DNA from: Bryobacteraceae bacterium
GTDB taxonomy: Bacteria > Acidobacteriota > Terriglobia > Bryobacterales > Bryobacteraceae
Assembly (NCBI GenBank): GCA_049514955.1
Contig: JBEKUO010000001.1
Span: 11,642-75,641 of the forward strand
DNA: 64,000 bases
Direction: 5' to 3'
How positions within the stretch are numbered: position 1 is the stretch's first letter; every line of letters begins with the position of its first letter. Positions 18,642 to 28,230 of this stretch are shown here, piece by piece. A model generated the notes under the pieces. The model saw nothing but the letters and a program-made list of their open reading frames with translations. It did no database searches and was not told where the DNA came from. Position numbers and translations under genes: made by a program.

Positions 18642-19747
18642 TTGTCCACGTAGGTCCATCGAATCTTCGGCTACCGGCGCGGCTCGGCGGGGCAGTGGAA
18701 CGGCGCATGATGGAACTGGCCGAAGCGCAAGCTCGCGGCGGTGAGCGGGTCGTCGTTTACTCGACGGGCGCGGAAACAGGTTGGCGGGACTACCACGGCG
18801 TGCGCATCCGGTATCTGGCCGGCCCCCGCGCGGAGTTTGCCCTGCGCTTCGTGTACGACGCCGCGCGCGGTCCGGAGGGCGTCCGGCCCCGGGTGGTCCA
18901 CGTGCATAATCGCGCAGAGATCTCTTGGCTGGCAAAGACGGTGGGACTGGGTCCCACGCTGCTGAGTTGCGATTACCACTTCGAGCCATGGCGCCGCTCT
19001 CCGCGCTTCCGCCCCATCAGCAAGGCGGTCTGGCGGCGGTGCTTGCTGGCTGCCCACCGCATCGCGCCGGTTTCGGCCTACTGTCTCCGGGTCCATCGGG
19101 ATTATTGGGATCTGCCCGACAGCAAGTTCGTGCTGATCGCAAATGGCGTGGATTGCGCCCGCTTTCATCCGGACGCGGCCCTACGTGCCGAGTGGCGGGA
19201 ACGCCTGGCGCTGGACGGGCGCCCTGCCATCCTGTACGTGGGCAGATTGTGCGAGCAGAAAGGCACCGACCTGCTGATCGCGGCGTATCGCATGCTGAAG
19301 CAGCCGGCCACTCTGGTAGCCGTGGGCCCCTGCGAGTTGTTCGGTAAGACGCAGCCTAGCGCTCTGGCAGCCGAATTCCGGGAAGCAGGTGGCATCTATC
19401 TGCCGCCGCTGGACGATGCCGATATGCCGGGGATCTACAACGCCTGCGACATGTTCGTGATGCCTACGCGGGAACTGGAAATGTTCGGCATGGCGGCAGT
19501 GGAGGCGCAGGCCTGTGGCAAGCCGGTGGTGGCGAGCGATCACGGCGGGCTGCGCGAGACCGTGCCGGAGTCGGCCGGAATGCGTTTCCGCACCGGAGAC
19601 GCCGCGGACCTGGCGGACCGGCTGGAGACTCTGCTCGGTCGTCCCGATCTGCTGGATACGCTCGGCGCTGGCGCTCGTGAAAATGCCTCGCGCTACGACT
19701 GGCCGCGCATCGCCGAGTGTTGCGAGGAGGCCTACGCCGCGTTATGA
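18638..19747 (+). CDS. glycosyltransferase family 1 (GT4-type)
   Basis: The GTG at 18638 overlaps the upstream stop (GTGA). N-terminus VIVHVGPSN...GGAVERRMMELAEAQARGGERVVVY. C-terminal motif MPTRELEMFGMAAVEAQACGKPVVASDHGGLRE. Confidence 0.8.
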   Translation: MIVHVGPSNLRLPARLGGAVERRMMELAEAQARGGERVVVYSTGAETGWRDYHGVRIRYLAGPRAEFALRFVYDAARGPEGVRPRVVHVHNRAEISWLAKTVGLGPTLLSCDYHFEPWRRSPRFRPISKAVWRRCLLAAHRIAPVSAYCLRVHRDYWDLPDSKFVLIANGVDCARFHPDAALRAEWRERLALDGRPAILYVGRLCEQKGTDLLIAAYRMLKQPATLVAVGPCELFGKTQPSALAAEFREAGGIYLPPLDDADMPGIYNACDMFVMPTRELEMFGMAAVEAQACGKPVVASDHGGLRETVPESAGMRFRTGDAADLADRLETLLGRPDLLDTLGAGARENASRYDWPRIAECCEEAYAAL

Positions 19748-20589
19748 GCATACCGCTGGTGAGCATCGCCATGCCGTTTTACAATGCCCAGCACACAATC
19801 GGCGCCGCCATACGGTCGATCCTGCTGCAGAGCTATGCGAATTGGGAATTGCTGCTGTGCGATGACGGCTCCACGGATGCGAGTTGCGCGATTGCGCGCT
19901 CGTTCGGCGATCCGCGCATCGTGGTGTGGGGCGACCGGCGCCGGCTGCAACTCGGCGCCCGCTTGAACGAGTGTATCGAGCGCGCCGCGGGCGAGTACGT
20001 CGCGCGCATGGACGCCGACGACATTGCCTATCCGCGGCGCTTGCAGAAGCAAGTGCGTTTTCTCGAAGATCATCCGGGAGTAGACCTGACCGGGGGATGG
20101 GCAGTACTGTTCTCGGATCGCGGCACGCCGGTCGGCAAGCGCACCGATCCCACAGCGCATGGCGACATCGCGCGCCGGCCGCTCTATTCCTTCAAGCTGA
20201 TCCACCCCACCTTCATGGGGAAAACATCCTGGTTCCGGCGCTATGGGTATCGCGCCGATGCCATACGCTGCGAGGATCACGATCTGCTGTTTCGGGCCCA
20301 CGCGGGCAGCCGCTACGCCAACATGCCGGAAATCGTGCTCGGCTACCGGGAGGGCGCCATCGATCTGCGTAAGCGGCTGCGCTCGCGCTGGATGTGGTAC
20401 CGTTGCGCCGGTCGCTACCTGAATGCCGCCGGGCGGCTGCGGGTGGGCGCCGTCGAGTTGCTGAAGAGCAGCCGCGATGCCTTGGCCGTGGCCGCGGGGG
20501 CCGATACCGCGTGGCTGCGATCGCGCGCCACGGCGCTCACCGAGGAGGAATTGCGGGAATGGCGGCAGGTATGGGCCTCGGTATCATGA
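19744..20589 (+). CDS. glycosyltransferase family 2
   Basis: The ATG at 19744 overlaps the upstream stop (ATGA). Motifs VSIAMPFYNAQHTIGAAIRSILLQSYANWELLLCDDGSTD and ARMDADD (DxD). Confidence 0.85.
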   Translation: MSIPLVSIAMPFYNAQHTIGAAIRSILLQSYANWELLLCDDGSTDASCAIARSFGDPRIVVWGDRRRLQLGARLNECIERAAGEYVARMDADDIAYPRRLQKQVRFLEDHPGVDLTGGWAVLFSDRGTPVGKRTDPTAHGDIARRPLYSFKLIHPTFMGKTSWFRRYGYRADAIRCEDHDLLFRAHAGSRYANMPEIVLGYREGAIDLRKRLRSRWMWYRCAGRYLNAAGRLRVGAVELLKSSRDALAVAAGADTAWLRSRATALTEEELREWRQVWASVS

Positions 20590-21938
20590 CCGCTGGTGTA
20601 ATGAGCACGGCCAGGGTTTGTCCAGCCACGGTGTGGCCCGCGCCGGATTACAACACGGTGGCGGCCAGCGTGCGCGATCTGTTCCGCTTTCTCGGCCTGG
20701 ACGCGCATAATCCCCTGGGCCGGTGGATCCAGCCCGGCATGACCGTAGTCATCAAGCCCAACTGGGTGAAGCATGAGTTCGGAGCAACGGAAGGTTGCCA
20801 CGTGCTTTACACGCATGCATCGCTGCTACGCGTGCTGATCGATGCGGCGCTGGCGGCGGTGGGTCGGAATGGGCGCGTCTACGTGGCCGACGCGCCGCTG
20901 CAAGGCTGCCATTTCGCCCGCTTTCGCCGGCAGAGTGGGCTCGCCGAACTAGAGGAGCGCTACGCGCGCGCTCCGGTCGCGTTTCTCGATCTGCGGCAAC
21001 AGTGGGCCGAAATCGACGATGCCAGCAGTTTCGTGCGCGGCGTGCATGCGCTCGCGGGCGATCCCCAGGGCTATTCGCTGGTGGATCTGGGCGCACGCAG
21101 CCGCCTCGCGTGCTTCGGCGTAAATGCGCGCTTCGGGGTGACCGATTATCGCGCCGAAACCACCAACGGCCATCACCGCGCGAGCCAGCACCGTTATTTG
21201 GTGAGCAATACCGTGTTGAGCGCCGATGTGATCCTAAACGTTCCCAAGCTCAAGACTCACATGAAAACCGGCATGACCGGCGCGCTCAAGAATTTCGTGG
21301 GCATCATCGGGTCCAAGGATTTTCTGCCGCACTTTCGCGCGGGTTCTCCGAGGAGTGGCGGAGATGAGTACCCGGACAGGAACTGGGCCAGCCGGGCGGC
21401 CAGTCCTGTCCGGGAGCTTCTGCAGACGCGCGCGCCTTTGTGGCTTTGGAAGTTGGCACGGGCGGGCGCGCAGGCAGCGTCGTCGCCGGTGATTCATGGC
21501 GGCGGATGGCATGGCAACGATACGCTGTGGCGCACGGTCCACGACCTGGTGGCTATTGCCCGCAATTACGGCGTGGACGGCACGCGCCGGGACCGGCCCC
21601 GCACCATCCTGACGCTGGTGGATGCCATTGTGGCGGGCGAAGATTGCGGGCCGCTGAAGCCGCGCCCCAAGCCGTGCGGGCTGCTGGTGTGGGGAGAAGA
21701 TCCCGGCGTGGTCGACGTCACCTGCGCCACGCTGATGGGTTTCGACTGGCGCCGCATTCCCCTGCTCAGCCATCTGTGCGATGCCCAGGCGCGGGCTTTC
21801 AGCGACTTTGCCGGCGAGTTGGCATTTCACGCGCCGGCGCCGGGATTGGAGGACTTTGTACGGAGTGGCGGCGGGCAGTTCGCCTCGCCGGTCGGCTGGG
21901 CAGGGGAGATAGAGCAGCGCCAAAGGAGTAAACTTTAA
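20586..21938 (+). CDS. DUF362 domain-containing protein
   Basis: The ATG at 20586 overlaps the upstream stop (ATGA). Motifs MTVVIKPNWVKH and VILNVPKLKTHMKTGMTGALKNFVG match the DUF362 pattern as I recall it. Confidence 0.6.
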   Translation: MTAGVMSTARVCPATVWPAPDYNTVAASVRDLFRFLGLDAHNPLGRWIQPGMTVVIKPNWVKHEFGATEGCHVLYTHASLLRVLIDAALAAVGRNGRVYVADAPLQGCHFARFRRQSGLAELEERYARAPVAFLDLRQQWAEIDDASSFVRGVHALAGDPQGYSLVDLGARSRLACFGVNARFGVTDYRAETTNGHHRASQHRYLVSNTVLSADVILNVPKLKTHMKTGMTGALKNFVGIIGSKDFLPHFRAGSPRSGGDEYPDRNWASRAASPVRELLQTRAPLWLWKLARAGAQAASSPVIHGGGWHGNDTLWRTVHDLVAIARNYGVDGTRRDRPRTILTLVDAIVAGEDCGPLKPRPKPCGLLVWGEDPGVVDVTCATLMGFDWRRIPLLSHLCDAQARAFSDFAGELAFHAPAPGLEDFVRSGGGQFASPVGWAGEIEQRQRSKL

Positions 21939-21942
21939 GTGC

Positions 21943-22473
21943 ATGGCGACCTCGACCAGCGTTCCCGTGGAAGAGTATCTGCGGACCACCTACCATCCGG
22001 ATATGGATTACGTGGATGGAGAGCTTGTGGAGCGGCACGTGGGTGAACGTAGGCACAGCCGCTTGCAGATACTATGCGTGCTGCTGCTTGGCCCCCGCGA
22101 GCGGGAGCGCGGTTTCCACGTTTTTACCGAACAGCGATTGCGCGTGTTAGGCACGAAACACAGGTATCGCATCCCGGATGTGTGCGTGATGGCGCTGCCT
22201 TATCGGTCGGAGCCAGTCCTGACCACTCCGCCCCACCTGGCAATCGAAATCCTATCTCCAGAGGACGAGACGGCTGACATTCTTGCGAAAGTGGCTGACT
22301 TCCTGCGGTTTGGCATTCCCCACATCTGGATCGTGGATCCGTACAAGCGCACTTTGCAGGAAGCCGACCGCGAAGGCATCCGCTATCGTACCGACTTGGT
22401 GGTCGAGACCGAGTTGGTTGGGCGCATCGACTTCAAGGAACTGTTCTCGCAACTTGAGGAACCCACCGAGTGA
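21943..22473 (+). CDS. Uma2-family (DUF820) putative endonuclease
   Basis: VEEYLRTTYHPDMDYVDGELVER, YRIPDVCVM, PHLAIEILSPED and FGIPHIWIVDPYKR form the typical Uma2 PD-(D/E)xK pattern. Starts 4 nt after the DUF362 stop. Confidence 0.8.
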   Translation: MATSTSVPVEEYLRTTYHPDMDYVDGELVERHVGERRHSRLQILCVLLLGPRERERGFHVFTEQRLRVLGTKHRYRIPDVCVMALPYRSEPVLTTPPHLAIEILSPEDETADILAKVADFLRFGIPHIWIVDPYKRTLQEADREGIRYRTDLVVETELVGRIDFKELFSQLEEPTE

Positions 22474-22614
22474 TGGCGTTGGCACCTGCCCTCACTCTGT
22501 CCTCCATTTGTCGATAGTTGCAAAGCGCCCTCATCTCTCTACGCCGCGCACCTTACCGTTCGAAGGGCTCTTTCGCGAATTCCAGGCTTCGGACATCCTG
22601 GTCCTGCGGAACTC

Positions 22615-22635
22615 TGTGCAACAGCCTGTTGCACA
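22615..22635. promoter_or_regulatory. perfect 9-bp inverted repeat TGTGCAACA-gcc-TGTTGCACA (candidate operator)
   Basis: Read directly from the sequence. The half-site tail TGCACAATT recurs at about 22694-22702. It lies in a 494-nt non-coding gap upstream of the CapK-like/GT/epimerase/WecA operon. Confidence 0.35.
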
Positions 22636-22973
22636 ATTCGGAAGATTCTCCGCAGCTAGATATTATGGCATCGCGAAATTATGCAGTAGCCGGCTGCACA
22701 ATTGCTCTTCCCTCCAATCTTTGGCAAGACTTGGCACGGAGAGAAGCCCCGCATTTCCGGAACCGCCGCCTTCGGGTCGGCGGGAAGACGGTCGATTATC
22801 TTAGCGCCGCAAGCCCTCCGTACACCTGCCGCGTCAGGATTTCGCGGGCCTACTTGCCAATACAGCGGACCAGCTCGTAGACGGCCACCGCACCCCTGAA
22901 AAAAGTCCGCACGTTTCAGAGATAAAGTACCGATCCTCTGCCACCATCTGATTTCAACGCTTCCGCATTGCAA

Positions 22974-24353
22974 ATGGCGCACAGAGCCTATTCCCGGCTA
23001 CCCATCGCGCTGCAGCACGTTTGCGCCACGGCCCAAGGCGCTCGGTATTACCACTGGCGTTATGGGGGGATATTTCGAAAGTACTTGGCATACCTCAAAC
23101 AGACCGAACAAATCCCCGCGGCACAGATGCGTGACAGGCAAGCGGCCGAGCTCGACCGGCTGCTGCGTTTCGCTGTCACGCACGTGCCGCACTACCGCAA
23201 AAATGGCACAGATGCGCTCACGCAAAAGGACCAGATCCGCGAGCGGCCCGAAGATTTTCTCGCCGATACATACCCGCGCCGGGCGCTGATCCCCTGGCAC
23301 ACCAGCGGCACCACGGGGAAACCGCTCACCATCTTCTACAGCCGCGAGGCCATGAAAAAGATGTGGGCCTTCGTGGAGCTGTACCGGAACCAAGCGGGCG
23401 TCACCAAAGACGACCGGCGAGGCCAATTCACCGGCAAGCTGATCGTACCGCCGGAGCAGTCCGCATCGCAAAAGATCTTCTGGCGGCGCGACCTGGCCAA
23501 CCACACGCTGCTGCTTTCGAGCGTTCACCTGCTGCCGGAAAATCTGCCGCACTACGCCGCGGCGCTGGAGCGTCTCCGGCCGGTGTATCTGTGTGGCTAT
23601 CCATCGTCGATATACGTGCTGGCGCAATTCTACCGGCAGTCGGGCCGAACCGCCCTGGGGGCCGCGCCGCACCTCAAGGCAGTGCTCACATCCGCGGAAA
23701 CGCTCCTGGAGCACCAGCGGATCGCCATCGAAGAGACCTTCGCCACGCGCGTCTTTGACCAGTACGGGCAGGCGGAGATGCAAAGCTTCTGGTACGAGTG
23801 CGAAGCCGGCCGCATGCACGCGCATCCGCTCGCCGGTGTTACCGAGATCCTGCGGCCGGACGGCACTGCGGCGGCGCCGGGCGAGCTGGGCGAAGTCGTG
23901 TTGACGGGCTTCGTCAATTACGCCATGCCGCTCGTACGATACCGCGTGGGCGACACCGCCTGCTGGGCCGCCGAGCCCTGCCCCTGCGGCCGGGCAATGC
24001 CGGTCATCGAGGAAATCGGCGGACGGCTCGACGATCTCGTATTCACGCGCGAGCGCGGTTTTCTGGGGCGCCTCGATCCGGTATTGAAGGGCGTCCGCAA
24101 CATTGTCGAGAGCCAGCTCGAGCAGGAATCGCTGGATGTGTTACGCGTACGCTTCGTGCCCGCGCTGCACTTCACCGCGGAAGACCTGCGGATGCTGGAA
24201 ACCAACCTCCGCGCCCGAGTGGGGCGGAGCATACACCTGGAGTTCGAGTGTACCGCTCGCATTCCGCGCACGGCGAACGGGAAGTTCCGCTTTGCAATTT
24301 CGCGGCTGGACCACGCAGCCATCCCAAAGTCGTGCGCGTCATCACGCGGCTGA
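22974..24353 (+). CDS. adenylate-forming enzyme, phenylacetate-CoA ligase/coenzyme F390 synthetase (CapK)-like
   Basis: AMP-binding core WHTSGTTGKPLTIFYS, with GYPSSIY and the late motifs GDT...GR...DD. The ATG at 22974 is preferred over the TTG at 22968. Confidence 0.7.
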   Translation: MAHRAYSRLPIALQHVCATAQGARYYHWRYGGIFRKYLAYLKQTEQIPAAQMRDRQAAELDRLLRFAVTHVPHYRKNGTDALTQKDQIRERPEDFLADTYPRRALIPWHTSGTTGKPLTIFYSREAMKKMWAFVELYRNQAGVTKDDRRGQFTGKLIVPPEQSASQKIFWRRDLANHTLLLSSVHLLPENLPHYAAALERLRPVYLCGYPSSIYVLAQFYRQSGRTALGAAPHLKAVLTSAETLLEHQRIAIEETFATRVFDQYGQAEMQSFWYECEAGRMHAHPLAGVTEILRPDGTAAAPGELGEVVLTGFVNYAMPLVRYRVGDTACWAAEPCPCGRAMPVIEEIGGRLDDLVFTRERGFLGRLDPVLKGVRNIVESQLEQESLDVLRVRFVPALHFTAEDLRMLETNLRARVGRSIHLEFECTARIPRTANGKFRFAISRLDHAAIPKSCASSRG

Positions 24354-25489
24354 ATATAGGCGGCCCGGCGATTCACACGTTGCTCCTGACGCGGGATTTG
24401 GCCGCGCTCGGATATCGCACCGTTTTGGTTGCGGGAAGCTGCGAAGCCGAAGACGGCGACATGCGGTACCTGGTGCGCGACGACGACCCCCTGTGCTGGG
24501 TGACGGACCTGTCGCGCTCCGTGCGGCCGTGGCGCAACCTGAAAGCGCTGTGGCGATTGTGGCGGCTGATGCGGCGTGAGCTGCCCGATATCGTGCACAC
24601 CCATACGGCCATGGCCGGCTGCTTGGGCCGCCTGGCCGCCGTGCTCAGCGGCGCGCCGATTATCATCCACACGTTTCATGGAAACAGTCTCAACGAGTAT
24701 TTTTCGCGCTTTCAGGCGGGCGCGTTCCGGCGCATCGAGCAGCTATTGGCGCGATTCACGGATGTGCTGTGCGTAGTCTCGCCGCAACAGGCCAAAGAGT
24801 TGAGCGAGGAGTTTCACATCGCGCCGCCTGACAAATTCCGCGTAGTGCCCCTCGGCCTGGAGTTGCAGCCCTTTTTCGACCTGCCCCCGCCGGCGCCTCG
24901 CCCCGGCCCGCTGACGGTAGGATGGTTCGGCCGGCTAGTTCCGGTGAAAAACGTACCGCTGCTCCTCGCAACCATAGAAGAGGCGCTGCGCCGCGACGAA
25001 AATTTGCGATTTGTGATCGCCGGAGACGGGCCGGACCGCGGTGCCCTGGAGAGTGTTGCCGGTCTCTACGGCGGGCGCGTGGAATGGCTCGGCTGGCAAC
25101 GGGACATCCTGCCGGTGCTGGCCCGCTGCCATGTGGTGCTGCAGACTTCGCGGAATGAAGGCACGCCGGTGGCGCTCATTCAGGGGATGGCCGCGGCACG
25201 GCCGTTCGTATCGACGGCTGTGGGCGGAGTGGTGGACATGGTCTCCGGTGCCGTCGAGCGCTCCAGCGACGGCGCGCGCTGGTACGCCAACGGCGTCCTG
25301 GCCGAGCCGAATGCCGCGGCGCTAGCCGGAGCGCTGGCAGCTCTGGCACAAGACCGGCTCCGGCTGGCGCGAATGGGATGCGAAGGGCGGGCCTTCGCCT
25401 ACAGCCGGCATCGCAAGGAACTGCTTGTCGGAAACGTAGATGCACTGTACCGCGAGCTGATACGCAAGAAGTTGAATCCATCGATTTAA
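24332..25489 (+). CDS. glycosyltransferase family 1 (GT4-type)
   Basis: The GTG at 24332 gives MRVITRLNIGGPAIHTLLLTRDLAALGYRTVLVAGS. C-terminal motif QTSRNEGTPVALIQGMAAARPFVSTAVGGVVDMV. The upstream part of ORF 23798-25489 is a high-GC artefact. Overlaps the upstream gene by 22 nt. Confidence 0.75.
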   Translation: MRVITRLNIGGPAIHTLLLTRDLAALGYRTVLVAGSCEAEDGDMRYLVRDDDPLCWVTDLSRSVRPWRNLKALWRLWRLMRRELPDIVHTHTAMAGCLGRLAAVLSGAPIIIHTFHGNSLNEYFSRFQAGAFRRIEQLLARFTDVLCVVSPQQAKELSEEFHIAPPDKFRVVPLGLELQPFFDLPPPAPRPGPLTVGWFGRLVPVKNVPLLLATIEEALRRDENLRFVIAGDGPDRGALESVAGLYGGRVEWLGWQRDILPVLARCHVVLQTSRNEGTPVALIQGMAAARPFVSTAVGGVVDMVSGAVERSSDGARWYANGVLAEPNAAALAGALAALAQDRLRLARMGCEGRAFAYSRHRKELLVGNVDALYRELIRKKLNPSI

Positions 25490-25620
25490 CCAGACCTGAA
25501 ACTACTATTTCTTGAGATAAGCGGCGGGCTGCCTCGCACCAATATTTTCTCAGTGCTTCTGCAACCGCATCTCTGTCCATCTGTGTTCATCTGTGGTTCC
25601 ACACGGCTTAAGGGAGAATT

Positions 25621-26613
25621 ATGAACGTACTGATTACCGGCGGGGCCGGTTTTATCGGATCGCACCTCGCGGAACGGTGCCTAGCCGAGGGATGGAGGGT
25701 CTCCATCGTCGACGATCTCTCGACCGGCTCGTTCGAGAATATCGCGCACTTGAAGGCCAAACCAAACTTCTCCTATACGATCGATTCGATTTTTCATGAG
25801 CCGGTGGTCGCCGAGCTGGTGGACTGTGCGGACGCGGTGTTTCATCTGGCTGCGGCTGTAGGCGTGAAGAGAATCGTGAACGACCCTGTGGGCACGATCG
25901 AGACGAACGTACACGGCATGGAGGTGGTTCTCCGGTGCGCCGCCAAGAAAGGCAAGCGGGTGATGTTCGCGTCCACTTCCGAAGTCTATGGCAAAAGCAC
26001 GGACCTGCCATTCCGCGAAGACGGTGACCTGGTGTTCGGCCCCACGGATATCGGGCGTTGGAGTTATGCCTGCTCGAAGGCCCTTGATGAATTTCGGGCG
26101 CTGGCCTACTGGGGGCAGAAGATGTTGCCGGTGGCTATTGTGCGACTGTTCAACACCGTAGGCCCGCGGCAGACCGGCCGCTACGGCATGGTGCTGCCGA
26201 CGTTCGTGCGCCAGGCCCTGCACGGCGACCCTTTGACCGTCCACGACACCGGTGAGCAACGCCGCTGTTTTTCATATGTGGGCGATGTGGTCGAGGCGCT
26301 CGTACGTATCGCGCAAACACCGAAAGCCGTCGGTGAGGTCATCAACATCGGCAGCGATCGAGAGGTGAGCATCAACGAGCTGGCCGCGCTCGTTAAGGAG
26401 ATCACCGGCTCCCCGTCGGCGGTGGAGCACATGTCTTACGAGCAGGCCTACGGCCCGCGATTCGAAGACATGCCGCGGCGCGTTCCATGTCTTGAGAAGC
26501 TGGAGCGCCTGGTGCATTATCGCCCGGCGACTCCGCTTGAAACCATCGTGCGGCGCGTGGTGGATTACGAATGGGTCAGGATGCCGAGGCGCGCCCTCGC
26601 CGCCGTAGTGTAG
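25621..26613 (+). CDS. NAD-dependent sugar epimerase/dehydratase (extended SDR)
   Basis: MNVLITGGAGFIGSHL Rossmann motif, catalytic YACSKALDE (YxxxK), and a GGGAGA Shine-Dalgarno before the ATG. Confidence 0.85.
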   Translation: MNVLITGGAGFIGSHLAERCLAEGWRVSIVDDLSTGSFENIAHLKAKPNFSYTIDSIFHEPVVAELVDCADAVFHLAAAVGVKRIVNDPVGTIETNVHGMEVVLRCAAKKGKRVMFASTSEVYGKSTDLPFREDGDLVFGPTDIGRWSYACSKALDEFRALAYWGQKMLPVAIVRLFNTVGPRQTGRYGMVLPTFVRQALHGDPLTVHDTGEQRRCFSYVGDVVEALVRIAQTPKAVGEVINIGSDREVSINELAALVKEITGSPSAVEHMSYEQAYGPRFEDMPRRVPCLEKLERLVHYRPATPLETIVRRVVDYEWVRMPRRALAAVV

Positions 26614-26615
26614 AG

Positions 26616-27659
26616 ATGCCGATCCTTCTGACAGGTTTGCTTTCGGCGCTGCTCACGTGGCTGCAAATCCGGATGAACTCCCGGCTGGGGCTCACGGCCG
26701 CGCCACGGGCGGACCGCTGGCATGCCCTCCCTACGCCTTCGAGCGGAGGCTTGGCGATTTTTCTGAGCTGCGCGGCCGCCTACTGGCTGGCCTGTCCAGG
26801 ACGATATCCACGAATCGCGCTGGCGGCGGCCGCGCTGTGGATCTTCGGATTTCTAGACGACCGGCTGGGCCTGCGTCCGGCACTGAAGCTCGCGGCACAG
26901 GTGGCCGCCGCTGGGTTCGTGGTCCTGGGTGGCGTAGTATTTCCCCTCACCTCGTGGCACTTGCCCAACGTCGCGCTCAGCATGTTCTGGATCGTGATGA
27001 TTACGAATGCCTTCAACCTGATCGACAACATGGATGGGCTATGCGCTGGAGTAGTCATCGTCATTTGCCTGTTCCGCTTCTGGCTGCTCGCCGCGGACGG
27101 GCACCTCGCCGACGCAAACCTGTGCGTAATGCTGGCCGCGGCGTTCGCCGGCTTTCTTCTTTTCAACTACCATCCGGCGCGGATCTTCATGGGCGATTGC
27201 GGCAGCCTGCCGGTGGGTTTCGCGTTGGGCGCATTGACGCTGGCCGGCCCGGCGCCGCCTAAAGGGCTCGTGATGGCGGGATTCTTTTACCCGGCGCTGA
27301 CGTTTACCTATCCGATTTTCGACACGGCGCTGGTTTCAATTTTGCGCAAGCTCGCCGGGCGGCCGATTTCGGTGGGCGGCCGCGACCACAGCTCGCATCG
27401 GCTCGCCTCGCTCGGGCTCGATCAGCGCCAGGTCGTCTGGATTTTGTGGCTGCTGACGGCCTTCGGCGCCAGCCTTGGTCTAACGATTCACTGGAGGCCG
27501 GGAGCGCTGTTCGCCGCCGGAGCGCTGCTGGCAGGTCTGCTGGGACTGTTCGGGGGGTTTCTGGCGACACGGCCGGGATACCCGCTACCGCGGTGGGCCA
27601 CGGCCTGGGTGCAACGGCTGGCAATGCTCTCCCGGCAACCAGATTTGCCGGGGATTTGA
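26616..27659 (+). CDS. MraY/WecA-family polyprenyl-phosphate N-acetylhexosamine-1-phosphate transferase
   Basis: NAFNLIDNMDGL and IFMGDCGSLPVGF motifs. Polytopic membrane protein. The ATG lies 2 nt after the epimerase stop. Confidence 0.8.
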   Translation: MPILLTGLLSALLTWLQIRMNSRLGLTAAPRADRWHALPTPSSGGLAIFLSCAAAYWLACPGRYPRIALAAAALWIFGFLDDRLGLRPALKLAAQVAAAGFVVLGGVVFPLTSWHLPNVALSMFWIVMITNAFNLIDNMDGLCAGVVIVICLFRFWLLAADGHLADANLCVMLAAAFAGFLLFNYHPARIFMGDCGSLPVGFALGALTLAGPAPPKGLVMAGFFYPALTFTYPIFDTALVSILRKLAGRPISVGGRDHSSHRLASLGLDQRQVVWILWLLTAFGASLGLTIHWRPGALFAAGALLAGLLGLFGGFLATRPGYPLPRWATAWVQRLAMLSRQPDLPGI

Positions 27660-27666
27660 GTCATCC

Positions 27667-28230
27667 ATGGCCAAAGCCCCCATCAGCTCCGCAACCGGGA
27701 ATCTGCCCGTACCCGCTGAAGTCATTGAACGGCGGATCTACCTCATCCGCGGCCAGAAGGTCATGCTCGACAGTGATCTCGCTGAACTCTACCAGGTACT
27801 CACGAAGAACTTGAACCTGGCGGTGCGCCGCAACCTCGACCGCTTCCCTGAAGACTTCATGTTCCAGCTCACCCAGGACGAGTTCCAAAACTTGAGGTTG
27901 CAATCTGCAACCTCAAGTTCAGGCTACGGCGGCCGTCGCTACTTGCCTTATGCATTCACCGAGCACGGCGTGGCCATGCTGTCTTCGGTTCTGAGCAGTA
28001 AGCAGGCCGTACAGATGAACATCGTCATCATCCGCGCGTTCGTCAAGCTCCGCGAGGTTCTTGCCACGCACAAAGACCTCGCCGCTCGAATGGAAAAGCT
28101 GGAAGCCGCCCAGAAGCAGCACGGCTCGATCATTGCCGTTGTAGTTGAAGAGATCAAAAAGCTAAAACAGCCATCTCCGACTCCTCCAAAACGACGCATC
28201 GGCTTTACCATTGATGACCCGAAGGCCTAA
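27667..28230 (+). CDS. ORF6N (KilA-N-related) domain DNA-binding protein
   Basis: IERRIYLIRGQKVMLDSDLAELYQVLTKNLNLAVRRNLDRFPEDFMFQLTQDEFQNLRLQ is the characteristic ORF6N pattern, followed by a C-terminal coiled-coil-like tail. Starts 7 nt after the WecA-like stop. Confidence 0.75.
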   Translation: MAKAPISSATGNLPVPAEVIERRIYLIRGQKVMLDSDLAELYQVLTKNLNLAVRRNLDRFPEDFMFQLTQDEFQNLRLQSATSSSGYGGRRYLPYAFTEHGVAMLSSVLSSKQAVQMNIVIIRAFVKLREVLATHKDLAARMEKLEAAQKQHGSIIAVVVEEIKKLKQPSPTPPKRRIGFTIDDPKA

